A DNA stretch of 64,000 nt, from the IMG/VR virus record IMGVR_UViG_3300020036_001014, positions 2,266 through 66,265 of that record. The stretch is one strand, 5' to 3'. Below, in pieces: positions 29,929 through 39,268 of the stretch. The stretch is from a virus. A program made the translations under genes and the position numbers. Numbering within the stretch: position 1 is the first letter of the stretch; each line of letters opens with the position of its first letter. The notes beneath the pieces were generated by a model, which saw only the letters and a list, made by a program, of their open reading frames with translations, ran no database searches and had not been told where the DNA came from.

Positions 29929-31748
29929 TCACCGATCTCAGCATATCTGCGGCAAGAACATTGTTCGCCTGCTGTTCGTTGAATTATCTCAACGAGTACC
30001 GCAAGGCTGCGCGCTATGGCGAAGAGGACATCTGCGACCGGAACCTCTGGATCTACATGCTGTGGGCCAAGGGGATCATGTCCCGTACGCCACTGATGAC
30101 AGAGATCAACGGCAGCATTGTCGTTGCCGATGCTGGGACCACTGCTATCAATGGGACATACTACCCATCCGGGACCAACGCAGAGGGTATTGTATACACG
30201 CTTACCACTGATCCATACACATACATCCATCTGGAGGTCGGTGTGTGGAACCTGATGTACGATGACTCTCCTTACTACTACCAGTCCAGCGTAGGCGTAG
30301 CAGCAACACCAGCAGACGCTACATGGTCTGCCAACTTCGGAGCTAGTCCCGTGCCTACGTTCACTTTGCTTGAAGTAAGCGGTAAATGCGTTAGCCGAGA
30401 GTTCGCAGAGCAGGTATTCGATAAGGCCAAGTGCTATTGCGAGGTATGTGGATGTACCCCTGCGGCAACTCCGACCCCGGTTGACTGCACTATCACCCCT
30501 GATTACACGGTTGATCTGACCATTGACGCCGCCCAATGGGCTGTGACCGAGGCAGACAACCAGGTGGATGGGTTCTCGTACTACATCGTGACGATCGTTG
30601 GCGGTAGCGGAGCCAACCCCGGCCAGATAGGGACCTACTCCACGTTGCTTGGTGGATGGCAGTACAACACCCCCGTTCCGGGCTCCATCATCCTTGACAG
30701 CAACACTGGTATTTACTGGGTTGACTACGTGTACCCAGTTCTTCCTGCGCCCATGTTCCCGCCGATCAACTCCACCAGTGATGGGGCCGGTGAGTATGTC
30801 ATCCAGTCGGCCTTCCCGTGGCAATCAGCTGGTAACTCCAGCAACGTGGTCGTGGAGATGTTCGACGGTGGCCTTGGATGGACCGAGGTATACAGCGGAT
30901 CAGCCGCTTCTCTTGCCACTCCAGTAACGCTGAACCTAGCAGAGCCGGGGTACTTTGAAGTACGGGCCACGTATACAGTCGGTTCGTGTACCTATCAGTA
31001 CTTCACTGGTGTTATCACCAACATCCCCAACCCTCCGGGATCCAGCCGTAGCTGGTTCATGCCAGCAGGCTTCTCTGTTGCAGCAACTCCGGACTTCGTA
31101 GACTGCGTCAACAACCAAGAGAGCACGATATCGTTCCGATTTAAGATCCAAGAGGACACGGATAGCGTGTGGCTTGAATCTGTTAACGGTGGGTGGAGCT
31201 TAAGTATCGGGGCCGGAGGCGGCTTCCCATACGCTGGCGCTGGGCCAACTGTGTTCTGTTACTTGCAGGCTGATATCTACGGGACATTCACCTATGTTGG
31301 TGACGTGGAGATCTCTGTGAATGAATGGCACGTAGTTGAATTTGTCAGGGATGCAACCGTTATTGATGGCTGGGTGCCCGGAACTGACTTCGAGATGTAC
31401 CTTGATGGCGTACTACAAACGATGTCACCAGTTGGGATCATATCCCCACCATCTTACATTGCCGGTGATGTGCCAACGCAGCCACCACTGCCACTACTGT
31501 GGTCTGACAACCTGAGCGGTGCATGGATCGACGAGGTGTATGGATGCCGTACCGCAAGGTCTCAGTCTGATATTACCAACATCATTGAGCCCAACCTGAT
31601 GCAAGGCAGCGATGCTACGTGGGACCGTGCATTCTACTGGAGGATCGAGGATACTGACAACGATCTCTTGGTGGCCAACCAGCCTTCCGGTACACCGTTC
31701 ATTGGAGTTACAACCACACTCTCAACCGACGTTGATCCAAGCATCTAA
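29925..31748 (+). CDS. tail fibre / receptor-binding-like protein (<=607 aa)
   Basis: Track start is TTG; the first ATGs are about 45 codons in (around 30058), so the true start is uncertain. Contains a CYCEVCGC cysteine cluster like its two upstream neighbours. Confidence 0.4.
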   Translation: MITDLSISAARTLFACCSLNYLNEYRKAARYGEEDICDRNLWIYMLWAKGIMSRTPLMTEINGSIVVADAGTTAINGTYYPSGTNAEGIVYTLTTDPYTYIHLEVGVWNLMYDDSPYYYQSSVGVAATPADATWSANFGASPVPTFTLLEVSGKCVSREFAEQVFDKAKCYCEVCGCTPAATPTPVDCTITPDYTVDLTIDAAQWAVTEADNQVDGFSYYIVTIVGGSGANPGQIGTYSTLLGGWQYNTPVPGSIILDSNTGIYWVDYVYPVLPAPMFPPINSTSDGAGEYVIQSAFPWQSAGNSSNVVVEMFDGGLGWTEVYSGSAASLATPVTLNLAEPGYFEVRATYTVGSCTYQYFTGVITNIPNPPGSSRSWFMPAGFSVAATPDFVDCVNNQESTISFRFKIQEDTDSVWLESVNGGWSLSIGAGGGFPYAGAGPTVFCYLQADIYGTFTYVGDVEISVNEWHVVEFVRDATVIDGWVPGTDFEMYLDGVLQTMSPVGIISPPSYIAGDVPTQPPLPLLWSDNLSGAWIDEVYGCRTARSQSDITNIIEPNLMQGSDATWDRAFYWRIEDTDNDLLVANQPSGTPFIGVTTTLSTDVDPSI

Positions 31749-32269
31749 TGCTCGACGCCCTAATAGGATGGCTCAAGGAGATCTGGTCCGGGCTTATGCC
31801 ATGGGCCATCGTCAAGGAGTACTCCAAGGGGGTTAAGCTACGCTTCGGTAGGTTCCAAGGAATACTGGAGCCGGGGTTCCATTGGATAATCCCATTCGTA
31901 GATGACGTTGAGCCCTGTGTTCACGTAACCACGACCATGGACTTGGCACCGCAGTCCGTGCTGACCAAGGATGGGGAGAGCATCGTTATCCGATGCGTGG
32001 TGAAGTACTCGATCACAGACGTAGAGAAGTTCTACCTGCGCGTAACGGACGCAATAGGAGCCCTTAGAGACATCTCAATGGGCTCGGTGTACGATGTGGT
32101 CAAGACAATGGATTGGGAAGAGCTGCGTCAAGCAGACCTGCCTTCCCTGATGACCAAGGAAGTACGCAAGCAGGCGTTCCGTTGGGGGATAGACGTGAGC
32201 ATGGTTACTGTCATTGACCTATCCAAGATGAAGTCTATTCGGTTGATCGGGGGATCGTTACCACTCTGA
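31748..32269 (+). CDS. SPFH/band-7 domain protein (173 aa)
   Basis: Pattern EYSKGVKLRFGRFQGILEPGFHWIIPFVDDV...TKDGESIVIRCVVKYSITD matches the SPFH core (RFG..., PG.H..PF.D.V, TKD...V.VD.V). Last gene of the plus-strand module, overlapping convergently with 32235..32600. Confidence 0.6.
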   Translation: MLDALIGWLKEIWSGLMPWAIVKEYSKGVKLRFGRFQGILEPGFHWIIPFVDDVEPCVHVTTTMDLAPQSVLTKDGESIVIRCVVKYSITDVEKFYLRVTDAIGALRDISMGSVYDVVKTMDWEELRQADLPSLMTKEVRKQAFRWGIDVSMVTVIDLSKMKSIRLIGGSLPL

Positions 32270-32600
32270 TCACAAGGCCGTGGTTCTCTGCTTGCTTGAT
32301 CATGTCCTTTGTTCCGGGTGAAGTCCCGTCCCAGAATGCAACCAGATGCGTGGCCGCGCCAGCCATCACGCCATTGCGTATAAATCCAGCAGCCTTCTTG
32401 TAGTTCTTCCAGTCAGCAGGATACGGATCCGCCTTGATACCGTTCTCATCGGCCCATCTTTTGCCGAGCATGTCCGGACTATCGTGACACGCTCCATGTA
32501 TTATCACGTCCGGCTTTGTGCGGGAGAATAAGTGATCCAGCTTTCTGGCCACGAACTCGTAGTCCCTGAACCCTCTTGACCCGGCTACTATGCACCTCAT
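32235..32600 (-). CDS. SLOG/DUF2493-like nucleotide-binding protein (121 aa)
   Basis: MRCIVAGSRGFRDY...VIIHGACHD...VAFWDGTSPGTKDMI pattern recalled for YspA/DUF2493 SLOG-family proteins. Confidence 0.45.
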   Translation of the reverse strand: MRCIVAGSRGFRDYEFVARKLDHLFSRTKPDVIIHGACHDSPDMLGKRWADENGIKADPYPADWKNYKKAAGFIRNGVMAGAATHLVAFWDGTSPGTKDMIKQAENHGLVIRVVTIPRSTE

Positions 32601-33106
32601 GTCTTAGGTGGTTCTGGGCTTCTGTACTCATTCCTCCTAAGCTGTCGGACGTATGACGGTGAGATGTCATATCTCTTTGCCTCCGCCCTAGACGACTCCG
32701 TACTCTTTCGTATAGCCCCAACCTGAGCGTCTGAAAGCTTTGCTCGAACATGCCTTTCGCCGATCATTATCGGTAGATAGACAAAACGGCCTTTTGTTAT
32801 TGCGTCCCGAATGTTATCCTTGCGGGTTCCACTAAATAAATGAGCTGGATTAAAGCACCTGCGGTTGTCGCACGAATGACAAACATCATGCCCATCGCCT
32901 AAAGCGCCCCCGTGCTCGATGAATGACACAACATGAACACCGGCGTTTCTTCGGGACCCGTCGGATCTAGACCCAATAATCATTCTCCCATACCCCCTTC
33001 GGGTGGATCCTGTCCAGTTCCAACACCCGGAAGAAGTGTCAATGGACCGATGCCTCATAAGTCGCTCCATGATTGAGTGGACGATTTGACCGCGTATCTT
33101 TTTCAT
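32597..33106 (-). CDS. HNH homing endonuclease
   Basis: SGCWNWTGSTRRGYG ... CHSCDNRRCFNPAHL is the HNH core (AP2/HNH_3-like); ATGA coupling to neighbours. Confidence 0.7.
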   Translation of the reverse strand: MKKIRGQIVHSIMERLMRHRSIDTSSGCWNWTGSTRRGYGRMIIGSRSDGSRRNAGVHVVSFIEHGGALGDGHDVCHSCDNRRCFNPAHLFSGTRKDNIRDAITKGRFVYLPIMIGERHVRAKLSDAQVGAIRKSTESSRAEAKRYDISPSYVRQLRRNEYRSPEPPKT

Positions 33107-33108
33107 GA

Positions 33109-33351
33109 CTAAGTGGCGTTAGGGGCTGGAGGCAGTGGCATCCAGTGAGTTGGCGTCGGCCCGTCCCATGCGTCACCTCTGTGCCACCACCTTCCGACAC
33201 CCCTCCACATCACAAGGTGCATATTGACCCACACTAATACGTGGGCTCCATCGGGGGTTGAATCATCTACTTTTCTCCACCGCATGTTATTGGTGGCCTC
33301 ATAGATAGCCCTAGTGGCTTCTTCGATGGTCATTGGTTTGGGTATGTTCAT
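33109..33351 (-). CDS. hypothetical protein (~80 aa)
   Basis: Track ORF 33109..33414 overlaps the upstream gene by 66 nt. The internal Met (MNIPKP...) gives an ATGA overlap at 33348-33351. Confidence 0.35.
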   Translation of the reverse strand: MNIPKPMTIEEATRAIYEATNNMRWRKVDDSTPDGAHVLVWVNMHLVMWRGVGRWWHRGDAWDGPTPTHWMPLPPAPNAT

Positions 33352-33779
33352 TGCTTCTGTTTTTTCCATACCGAATCCCATAGAGCCCAGTATGCGGTGA
33401 AGAACTTGGACCACTTGGGATTATCCTGAAGAGACTTGCCCCAGTATGTCCACTTGTCGTGACACCCTACATGATCCCCCTTGGAGTGACACATGATCCA
33501 GATGTTATCCTTGTTCTTCTTGTGCTCCGGGTACATTCCCTTGGGAAGAAGGTGACTGAAGTTCGACGCAGTAGCTTCATGGATGCTGATCCCGCAGAGC
33601 TGGCATTCATGGGGTCGTTCGTCCCATATCTCAGCCAACACCTCCTTCTCCCCACTTGCCTTCCTCTTGCCCAGTGATGAAGCCTTCTTAACTACTCCCG
33701 AGTTAATCAGCTGGCCCATCGTAGGCTTATCCTTCTTCGGTCGCTTGGACCTGAGCGGTGTTCGTCGTTTCAGCGTCAT
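33348..33779 (-). CDS. HNH-family nuclease (143 aa)
   Basis: Cys/His pattern CQLCG...HLLPKG...HKKNKDNIWIMCHSKGDHVGCH typical of HNHc. Confidence 0.55.
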   Translation of the reverse strand: MTLKRRTPLRSKRPKKDKPTMGQLINSGVVKKASSLGKRKASGEKEVLAEIWDERPHECQLCGISIHEATASNFSHLLPKGMYPEHKKNKDNIWIMCHSKGDHVGCHDKWTYWGKSLQDNPKWSKFFTAYWALWDSVWKKQKQ

Positions 33780-34117
33780 AGTTCTGTTATCTCAAACTCA
33801 ATGCGAGGGTTAACCTTGTCAATGAACTTCTGGGCCACGATCCGTATGCACTTGCGATCATTGGCCACAACCTTGGATGACTGCATACAGTCAAGGATCA
33901 CCTTGAATACGCCGTCCAAGTCTTGGCGATCACTAGGCAGATACACGTCAAGGATCAACTCGAACCTGCCTTCGATCATCTTGCCACGGTACTGACCGCA
34001 CTGCATCTTGAAGGTGTCCTCGTACTGGGTTACGACCTTGGTCTTGAACAGCCTGTTGTTGGCTATCCTGTAACTGTTGCTTTTGCTAGGTGGGGTGCCG
34101 TGTATGACGCATCTCAT
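33776..34117 (-). CDS. RusA-like Holliday junction resolvase
   Basis: 113 aa; DRQDLDGVFKVILDCM...VVANDRKC...EFEITEL matches the RusA acidic-residue pattern and C-terminal motif. Confidence 0.6.
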   Translation of the reverse strand: MRCVIHGTPPSKSNSYRIANNRLFKTKVVTQYEDTFKMQCGQYRGKMIEGRFELILDVYLPSDRQDLDGVFKVILDCMQSSKVVANDRKCIRIVAQKFIDKVNPRIEFEITEL

Positions 34118-34401
34118 TTGCAGGAGGCTCTAATGATCTCAACGAGTATCATCGCAAAAGCAATGTACCCACCAGCGTGGTCTATGCCAGCCGCTAGTCT
34201 CTCTATGCCAAACCTGATATGCTCTGCTGCGCGTTCGCTCATGGGAACTGGGATTTAAGCCTGCTCTGCTGATCTTTCTGCGCCTTACACGCAGATCCAG
34301 TAGTTGGGTAGCTACGCACAGCACAGCTGCATTCTAGTAGTACACACATGATCACCAGAAAGATGATCCATGCCTTCATCTTGTTGTCCATTGGTTCAAA
34401 G

Positions 34402-34614
34402 CTATTGATTTGTTTTCACTAGATCAAGTGGAGGTGGTGGAGAGTTAGCTGGTTTACCACACCTGTCGCACTGGTACACACGTTCATTGGGGTGCATCGG
34501 CTTGCCGTTAGTTCCTCTCTCCATTGTCCTGCGGTAGCCCTTGTCCCAGAACCCGGCATAGATCCCGAAAGACAAGCAGTAGCTACACGATGCGGGTTTG
34601 GTTTGGGTCTTCAT
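34402..34614 (-). CDS. small zinc-ribbon protein (70 aa)
   Basis: CSYC...CDRCGKP cysteine pairs. Confidence 0.35.
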   Translation of the reverse strand: MKTQTKPASCSYCLSFGIYAGFWDKGYRRTMERGTNGKPMHPNERVYQCDRCGKPANSPPPPLDLVKTNQ

Positions 34615-34846
34615 TGGGATCCAGTTCCTTGGGTTTCTTACGCTGTGCGCTACGTAGCTTGATCTCGTCTACTGCTTCATCAACAGTACGGGCCAATAGA
34701 ACAAGGCGCTTGATGTTACTGCCCTTCTTCTCGATCCGGTTCTTGTACCTGATAACCGTAGCTCCTACCGTCTTCCATGCCTCAAGGTGTCCATCGGATT
34801 CGGACTGATGGATCTGCCAATCTTCCCATTCGGATACTTGCTTCAT
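34583..34846 (-). CDS. hypothetical protein (87 aa)
   Basis: ATG ORF in a tightly packed minus-strand operon. Confidence 0.35.
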   Translation of the reverse strand: MKQVSEWEDWQIHQSESDGHLEAWKTVGATVIRYKNRIEKKGSNIKRLVLLARTVDEAVDEIKLRSAQRKKPKELDPNEDPNQTRIV

Positions 34847-35085
34847 AGCTTGATCTTCTTTGGAGCTACTGGATACGAGTCGGGATCCTCCTCCTTCATC
34901 TCAAGCTCAATGGCCTTGAAGTGGGCTATCAACCTCTCCGTGATACCCCAGTCTGCACACGCCAGATCAATGGCTGCTATGATCTCAGGCGCTTTGTTAA
35001 AGGTCGCGCTGTCCATTACGATTGCCTCAGTGATCTGCTCGATGTCAAGGGATACACCGATCTGTACATTGATCTTCTGTTTCAT
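34843..35085 (-). CDS. hypothetical protein (80 aa)
   Basis: ATG ORF with ATGA-type overlaps at both ends. Confidence 0.35.
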   Translation of the reverse strand: MKQKINVQIGVSLDIEQITEAIVMDSATFNKAPEIIAAIDLACADWGITERLIAHFKAIELEMKEEDPDSYPVAPKKIKL

Positions 35086-35345
35086 TTCTTTGTCAGTGCT
35101 GCTATGTACTCTCTGATATCTCTGGACTCCTTGGAGGACAAGCCGTACCGGGCTTCGATCAATGGCAGTCCAGCCACTAGGGCCTCAGCCATGATGGTAT
35201 CATCAACGGAGTTGATCACATCAGTGATGTTAATGTCCTGAAGATCCGATACCGAATCCTCGATGCTGTTTACTGCTGACTCAAGATCCCTAATGGAACC
35301 CTTTAGATCACGCATGAAGTCATGCACCTTGTCTACCTTGCTCAT
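35082..35345 (-). CDS. hypothetical protein (87 aa)
   Basis: ATG ORF with ATGA-type overlaps at both ends. Confidence 0.35.
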   Translation of the reverse strand: MSKVDKVHDFMRDLKGSIRDLESAVNSIEDSVSDLQDINITDVINSVDDTIMAEALVAGLPLIEARYGLSSKESRDIREYIAALTKK

Positions 35346-36532
35346 GTTATTGGTTTCAGTGTTGCTCGGTTCATGTCAATGTCACATTCCTCTACCAATG
35401 CCTTCAGTCCCGGTGTGTTCATGATCCTTTGGATGGGTGATACGGTGATACTTACGCCTTCCGTCGTGTCAAGGATCGGTGGTAATTCTTCACCAGCGTA
35501 GGCGTTAACGAAGTCATCTACAACGTCCACAACTGTGATGGTATCGAACAGCTCGTACCCCTGCTCCTTGAGCATATCGTATGGTACTAACCAATCCCCA
35601 ATGTCGTCCCCGTCAGGAGCACCGATAGCCTCAAGGATATCACACACCTCCATGCTGCGGCACAGTGGCTCAACCATCAGGGACTGTGACAACCACCCCT
35701 CCCTGATCTGTCCGTTAGGCAGCTCACGGTCAGAGTACATCCCAGCATCGGGGAACATGACCACATCCCTTCCTACGAGGCACATGAACTTGCTGGCAGA
35801 CACTCCATGACTACCACCTGTGGCCAGCCAGATCTTATCTGGATACAGACAGGCACAGATAAGGGCTGTTTTCTCCCCCTCTACGACACAAACTGTATCG
35901 GTTGGTCTGGTCTTAAGCAAGTGCTCCCCGAAGAGAACCTGAGCGCAGCCAATGTCCTCCATTGACTTACCCGTCAGGATGCTGTGTAGCCATGTGGCCC
36001 TGAGATCCTTCCTTCTCTTCCCGTTGTCGTCATACTGGATCACCTTCCCACTTCTCTCAAGCCCATCATCCCCGATCTGGTAGTATACCATCGCTCCGTG
36101 ATACGCTGGGAAGTTCTTACCGAACGGGTAGATACCAGTACGGTACATTGACAGTACCTGCATGGCTACCATTGGGTCTGGTACGACGCGCATGAACCAG
36201 TCAATGAACTTGCAGTGCTCGACAAGGGACGGATCCCGTGTCATGTCCACTGCCTTCTTCGGTGCCCGCCAGTCCGTCTTACGTGGCGGAGGTGGGGGGA
36301 CCTTGGTTATCTCTGGCCTGTCTGGTTTGTTGCCGTCCATCATCCATTGGGTTGGGGTATACGAATACTGACAGCTGTTGATCTTTTCACATACCCCTAC
36401 CTGAATAGGTAGTTGTTGTCCGGTCAGCCTGTCGATGAACCTCCGATACTCCCTGTGTCCGCAGTTCGGACAGATCTCCTTTCTTGATCGGGATCTGTCG
36501 AAGACGAAGCGGGCGTTCCGTTTGGCAAGCAT
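35342..36532 (-). CDS. DNA primase (zinc ribbon + TOPRIM)
   Basis: N-terminal CPNCGHREY...C..NSC zinc ribbon; VVEGEKTALICA (TOPRIM Glu) and VVMFPDAG (DxD) motifs. Confidence 0.6.
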   Translation of the reverse strand: MLAKRNARFVFDRSRSRKEICPNCGHREYRRFIDRLTGQQLPIQVGVCEKINSCQYSYTPTQWMMDGNKPDRPEITKVPPPPPRKTDWRAPKKAVDMTRDPSLVEHCKFIDWFMRVVPDPMVAMQVLSMYRTGIYPFGKNFPAYHGAMVYYQIGDDGLERSGKVIQYDDNGKRRKDLRATWLHSILTGKSMEDIGCAQVLFGEHLLKTRPTDTVCVVEGEKTALICACLYPDKIWLATGGSHGVSASKFMCLVGRDVVMFPDAGMYSDRELPNGQIREGWLSQSLMVEPLCRSMEVCDILEAIGAPDGDDIGDWLVPYDMLKEQGYELFDTITVVDVVDDFVNAYAGEELPPILDTTEGVSITVSPIQRIMNTPGLKALVEECDIDMNRATLKPIT

Positions 36533-36597
36533 GATAGGTGAACAGGGCGATGAAGAAGACGATGCTCCAGAATGTAGCGAACCCTAACATAGTGTTT

Positions 36598-36822
36598 TTA
36601 TTCTTCATGTGGAGATTGTTTTCCTACGTAGAATGTATGTGTCCCGCTCTTCTTGCTGCGGGTGGCACAGACAACACCACCTGACTTCCATGTGGTAGCG
36701 AAGCAGTACTGCTTAACCCCTGCGGTCTCGCTGATCATTCCGTCATCTACCACCTGTCGGACCATGATCAATGCTTCTTTGTCGGTGATGCCGTCCTTGA
36801 TATGGATGATGATCTTGCTCAT
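36598..36822 (-). CDS. hypothetical protein (74 aa)
   Basis: ATG ORF. Confidence 0.35.
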   Translation of the reverse strand: MSKIIIHIKDGITDKEALIMVRQVVDDGMISETAGVKQYCFATTWKSGGVVCATRSKKSGTHTFYVGKQSPHEE

Positions 36823-36978
36823 GGCCAGATCTGTTCAAGGATGACACTACGCAGATCATGTGGCACCTGCCACTCATCAGGCACAGTGCTGCTATGCACG
36901 GCTACCTTCAGGACATCCCGTTGGTAGTTCTCCATCTTCTCGTTCTTGATGGACTGTGGTGTGTTCTCGTTGTACATG

Positions 36979-37971
36979 TTAGTATTTCTTGCCATGGCGT
37001 GTGCCACGAGTTAGGTTATACTTCAGCTTCAGGTCGATGTGTCGCCACAGGTCGATGTTGTGCTTATTAGCCAACCAGAAAACAGACAGCAGCGCTGCGT
37101 CCAGTCCGGGCAGATTATATCCGCCGGAGTTTCCCGAACAGATGAACGAGCATGTGGATAGCAAGGCCTCCCCAACATTGTCCTTGTCGGACTTCTTGGA
37201 CAGGTCGTAGTTTTTGAATGTGTGATCCAGATACCCCATCAGGTCAGCTATCCGGATCACGATGTCCGCCAGCTCGTACTCGAAGTACGAAAACAGGTCT
37301 CCGTAGTTCTTCTTGATGCCTTTGATGGCCGATGGAGATACGCCCCATTTGTCGGCCACTTCGACAAGCCGCATCGTATTGAGGTCCGCTAGCACGGCTG
37401 CTCGATCATCCCAGTTGAAGACCTTCTGCACATTACGAAGGCCGTGCCGAAGAGCGTGCTCGTTGTTTTCCGCCTGCGTAACCCATTCAAGATTCCACGC
37501 AATGTCATTCAGCTTATTGCCGTCAATGTGGTTGATGACAGAGGCGCCAGCTGGCTTGTCAAGGAAGGCCGAGGCTACGAGCCGAGCCACCTTGTACGTC
37601 TTTCCGCGAAGGGATACCGTTCTGTATCCAGTTCCACCAATGCCCGGACGAAGTACACGGCCCTTCTTAGTGTGGCCCCCACTGCCATTGTCAACCCACA
37701 TGTCCTTGCTTCGCACCTCGCCAAGCTCGCTCACTTCGTAGTCCTCGTGCTCAACGCACTGGACCCACTTGGCCTCATCGCGAGACATCGGTATGCCGAT
37801 AGGCTGGAGTGGCGTAGTGGCCATAATTTTCCCACCCCTATGCGCCTCCAGTGCCTCTCCGCACTCGCTCACGATGAGCATCAGCAGCTCGCCGGTGTTG
37901 CGCGGCCCATTCCACCACCCCATAGCCTTCGCTTGAGAGTGGGCTCGTTCGATCAGTTCGTTGATGTTCAT
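36979..37971 (-). CDS. MazG-like NTP pyrophosphohydrolase with in-frame HNH endonuclease insertion
   Basis: N-terminal ELIERAH...ELLMLIVSECGEALEAHRGG and C-terminal ELADIVIRIADLMG...KLKYNLTRGTRHGKKY are MazG-like. About 200 aa between them carry NUMOD4/HNH_3-like motifs (YEVSELGEVRS, GY..VSL, NHIDGNKLNDIAWNLEWVTQAENNEHA) plus an HTH segment. Confidence 0.55.
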   Translation of the reverse strand: MNINELIERAHSQAKAMGWWNGPRNTGELLMLIVSECGEALEAHRGGKIMATTPLQPIGIPMSRDEAKWVQCVEHEDYEVSELGEVRSKDMWVDNGSGGHTKKGRVLRPGIGGTGYRTVSLRGKTYKVARLVASAFLDKPAGASVINHIDGNKLNDIAWNLEWVTQAENNEHALRHGLRNVQKVFNWDDRAAVLADLNTMRLVEVADKWGVSPSAIKGIKKNYGDLFSYFEYELADIVIRIADLMGYLDHTFKNYDLSKKSDKDNVGEALLSTCSFICSGNSGGYNLPGLDAALLSVFWLANKHNIDLWRHIDLKLKYNLTRGTRHGKKY

Positions 37972-37972
37972 G

Positions 37973-39268
37973 TTAGTCTTGGTGTATTGTTGGTGTGAAT
38001 GGTTTAGCTGCCTCGGAGATCCGTTGGGTAGGGCCGTTGAGAAACAACGTGTCGTTGAAAAATCTCCCCTTCCTCGACTTAACGCTCCTGAATGTCATCG
38101 GGATCTCATTGGGATCGTTATCATCCCCCTTCTCCACAATGACCACCCAATGCGCATCGTGCCCTAGCTGCCCCGAATGCTTCAGGCTGTTGAGTCCGGC
38201 ACTGTTACCCCCGAAGGACGCCCGGTTCAATACCGATAGCGCAACAGTGGCAACGCCAGTGGCCTTGGTGACAGCAGTAATGGTTTCACTGGCCTGAGTG
38301 GTAGTATCCGTCTTGCCTACGATGTTCTTGTTCTTGCTACTCACCCTCTGCACGTAGTCAAGGAAGATCACCTCACATCCATGCCTGCGGATCAGGTCAT
38401 TGTAGTACCCGTGTAGTTCCTCTGCGCTTACCGTAGCTGGGTCGATGACGTGGATCCTGTCGTACACCTCCTTGTTCTGATCCATGGTGTAGAAGATCTG
38501 CTCCCTCTCTGCTGGTGATAGCAGGTTGTCCTCGATCCTTTCGGCATCAATACCAGCCTCCATTGCAGCAGCTCGGAAGGTCAGCTCATCAGCGGTCATC
38601 TCAATACTGATAACCCCTACATGGGTGTCTTGCTTGGCCACCGATAGAACCATGTTGATCATGGCGCTCGTCTTGCCGGAACCAGAGTCCCCTGCTACGA
38701 TCCCGTAGCTGCCCTTGCGGATCTTCCATACGTTGTCCAGTCTACCAAACCCCGGAGCCCATGTCTTCTCTGGCCCCTCCCTGCCCATGATGCGCTTCAT
38801 GGTATCAGTAAGAGTCTCAGCTTTCTTGGCAGACACGTCATGGTGGGTCAGGACAAACTCATTGATCTTGGTCATGGCCCCTGACATACCGTTCTTCAGG
38901 GCCTCTGCCGTACCCAGATACTCCATCAGTTCGGACAGCTTCTTCCGTGACTGAAGGATACCTAATCCTTTGATCAAGAAGTCAAGGTCAGCTGGCTCTT
39001 CCTGCTGGTCGATCTCTTGTACCAGCTGATCCGTTTCACCTTGGCTCTCGCCCCAGATATCACCTACCTCAATGGCCAAGGCTTCGGGAGTTACGGACAC
39101 ACCGGCGAAGTGCATCTTACGGAACGCTCTCCACACAGCCATTGTATCCTCGTTGCCGAAGTGGTGGGAGTTCACCGTCTGGATCATCCTTCGGGCTAGG
39201 TCCTTGTTGAAGACCCCTTTTAGTAGCGCTACTTCATGGACGCGGGTATTGATCTTACCGTCACTCAT
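37973..39268 (-). CDS. replicative DNA helicase (DnaB-like)
   Basis: 431 aa; Walker A GDSGSGKTS, Walker B VIFLDYVQ, N-terminal helical domain; ATGA coupling to the upstream gene. Confidence 0.8.
   Translation of the reverse strand: MSDGKINTRVHEVALLKGVFNKDLARRMIQTVNSHHFGNEDTMAVWRAFRKMHFAGVSVTPEALAIEVGDIWGESQGETDQLVQEIDQQEEPADLDFLIKGLGILQSRKKLSELMEYLGTAEALKNGMSGAMTKINEFVLTHHDVSAKKAETLTDTMKRIMGREGPEKTWAPGFGRLDNVWKIRKGSYGIVAGDSGSGKTSAMINMVLSVAKQDTHVGVISIEMTADELTFRAAAMEAGIDAERIEDNLLSPAEREQIFYTMDQNKEVYDRIHVIDPATVSAEELHGYYNDLIRRHGCEVIFLDYVQRVSSKNKNIVGKTDTTTQASETITAVTKATGVATVALSVLNRASFGGNSAGLNSLKHSGQLGHDAHWVVIVEKGDDNDPNEIPMTFRSVKSRKGRFFNDTLFLNGPTQRISEAAKPFTPTIHQD

Noticed and set aside
36387-36608. 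73-aa ORF with hydrophobic N-terminus (holin-like) upstream of the primase gene
   Set aside because: It overlaps the primase N-terminal zinc ribbon coding region by ~146 nt in another frame. It could still be a real short membrane peptide if translation terminates earlier, but there is no support.
36979-37971. Intein in the MazG-like gene
   Set aside because: The insert starts with Cys but lacks recognisable Hint blocks and a terminal His-Asn, so an HNH domain insertion is more likely.
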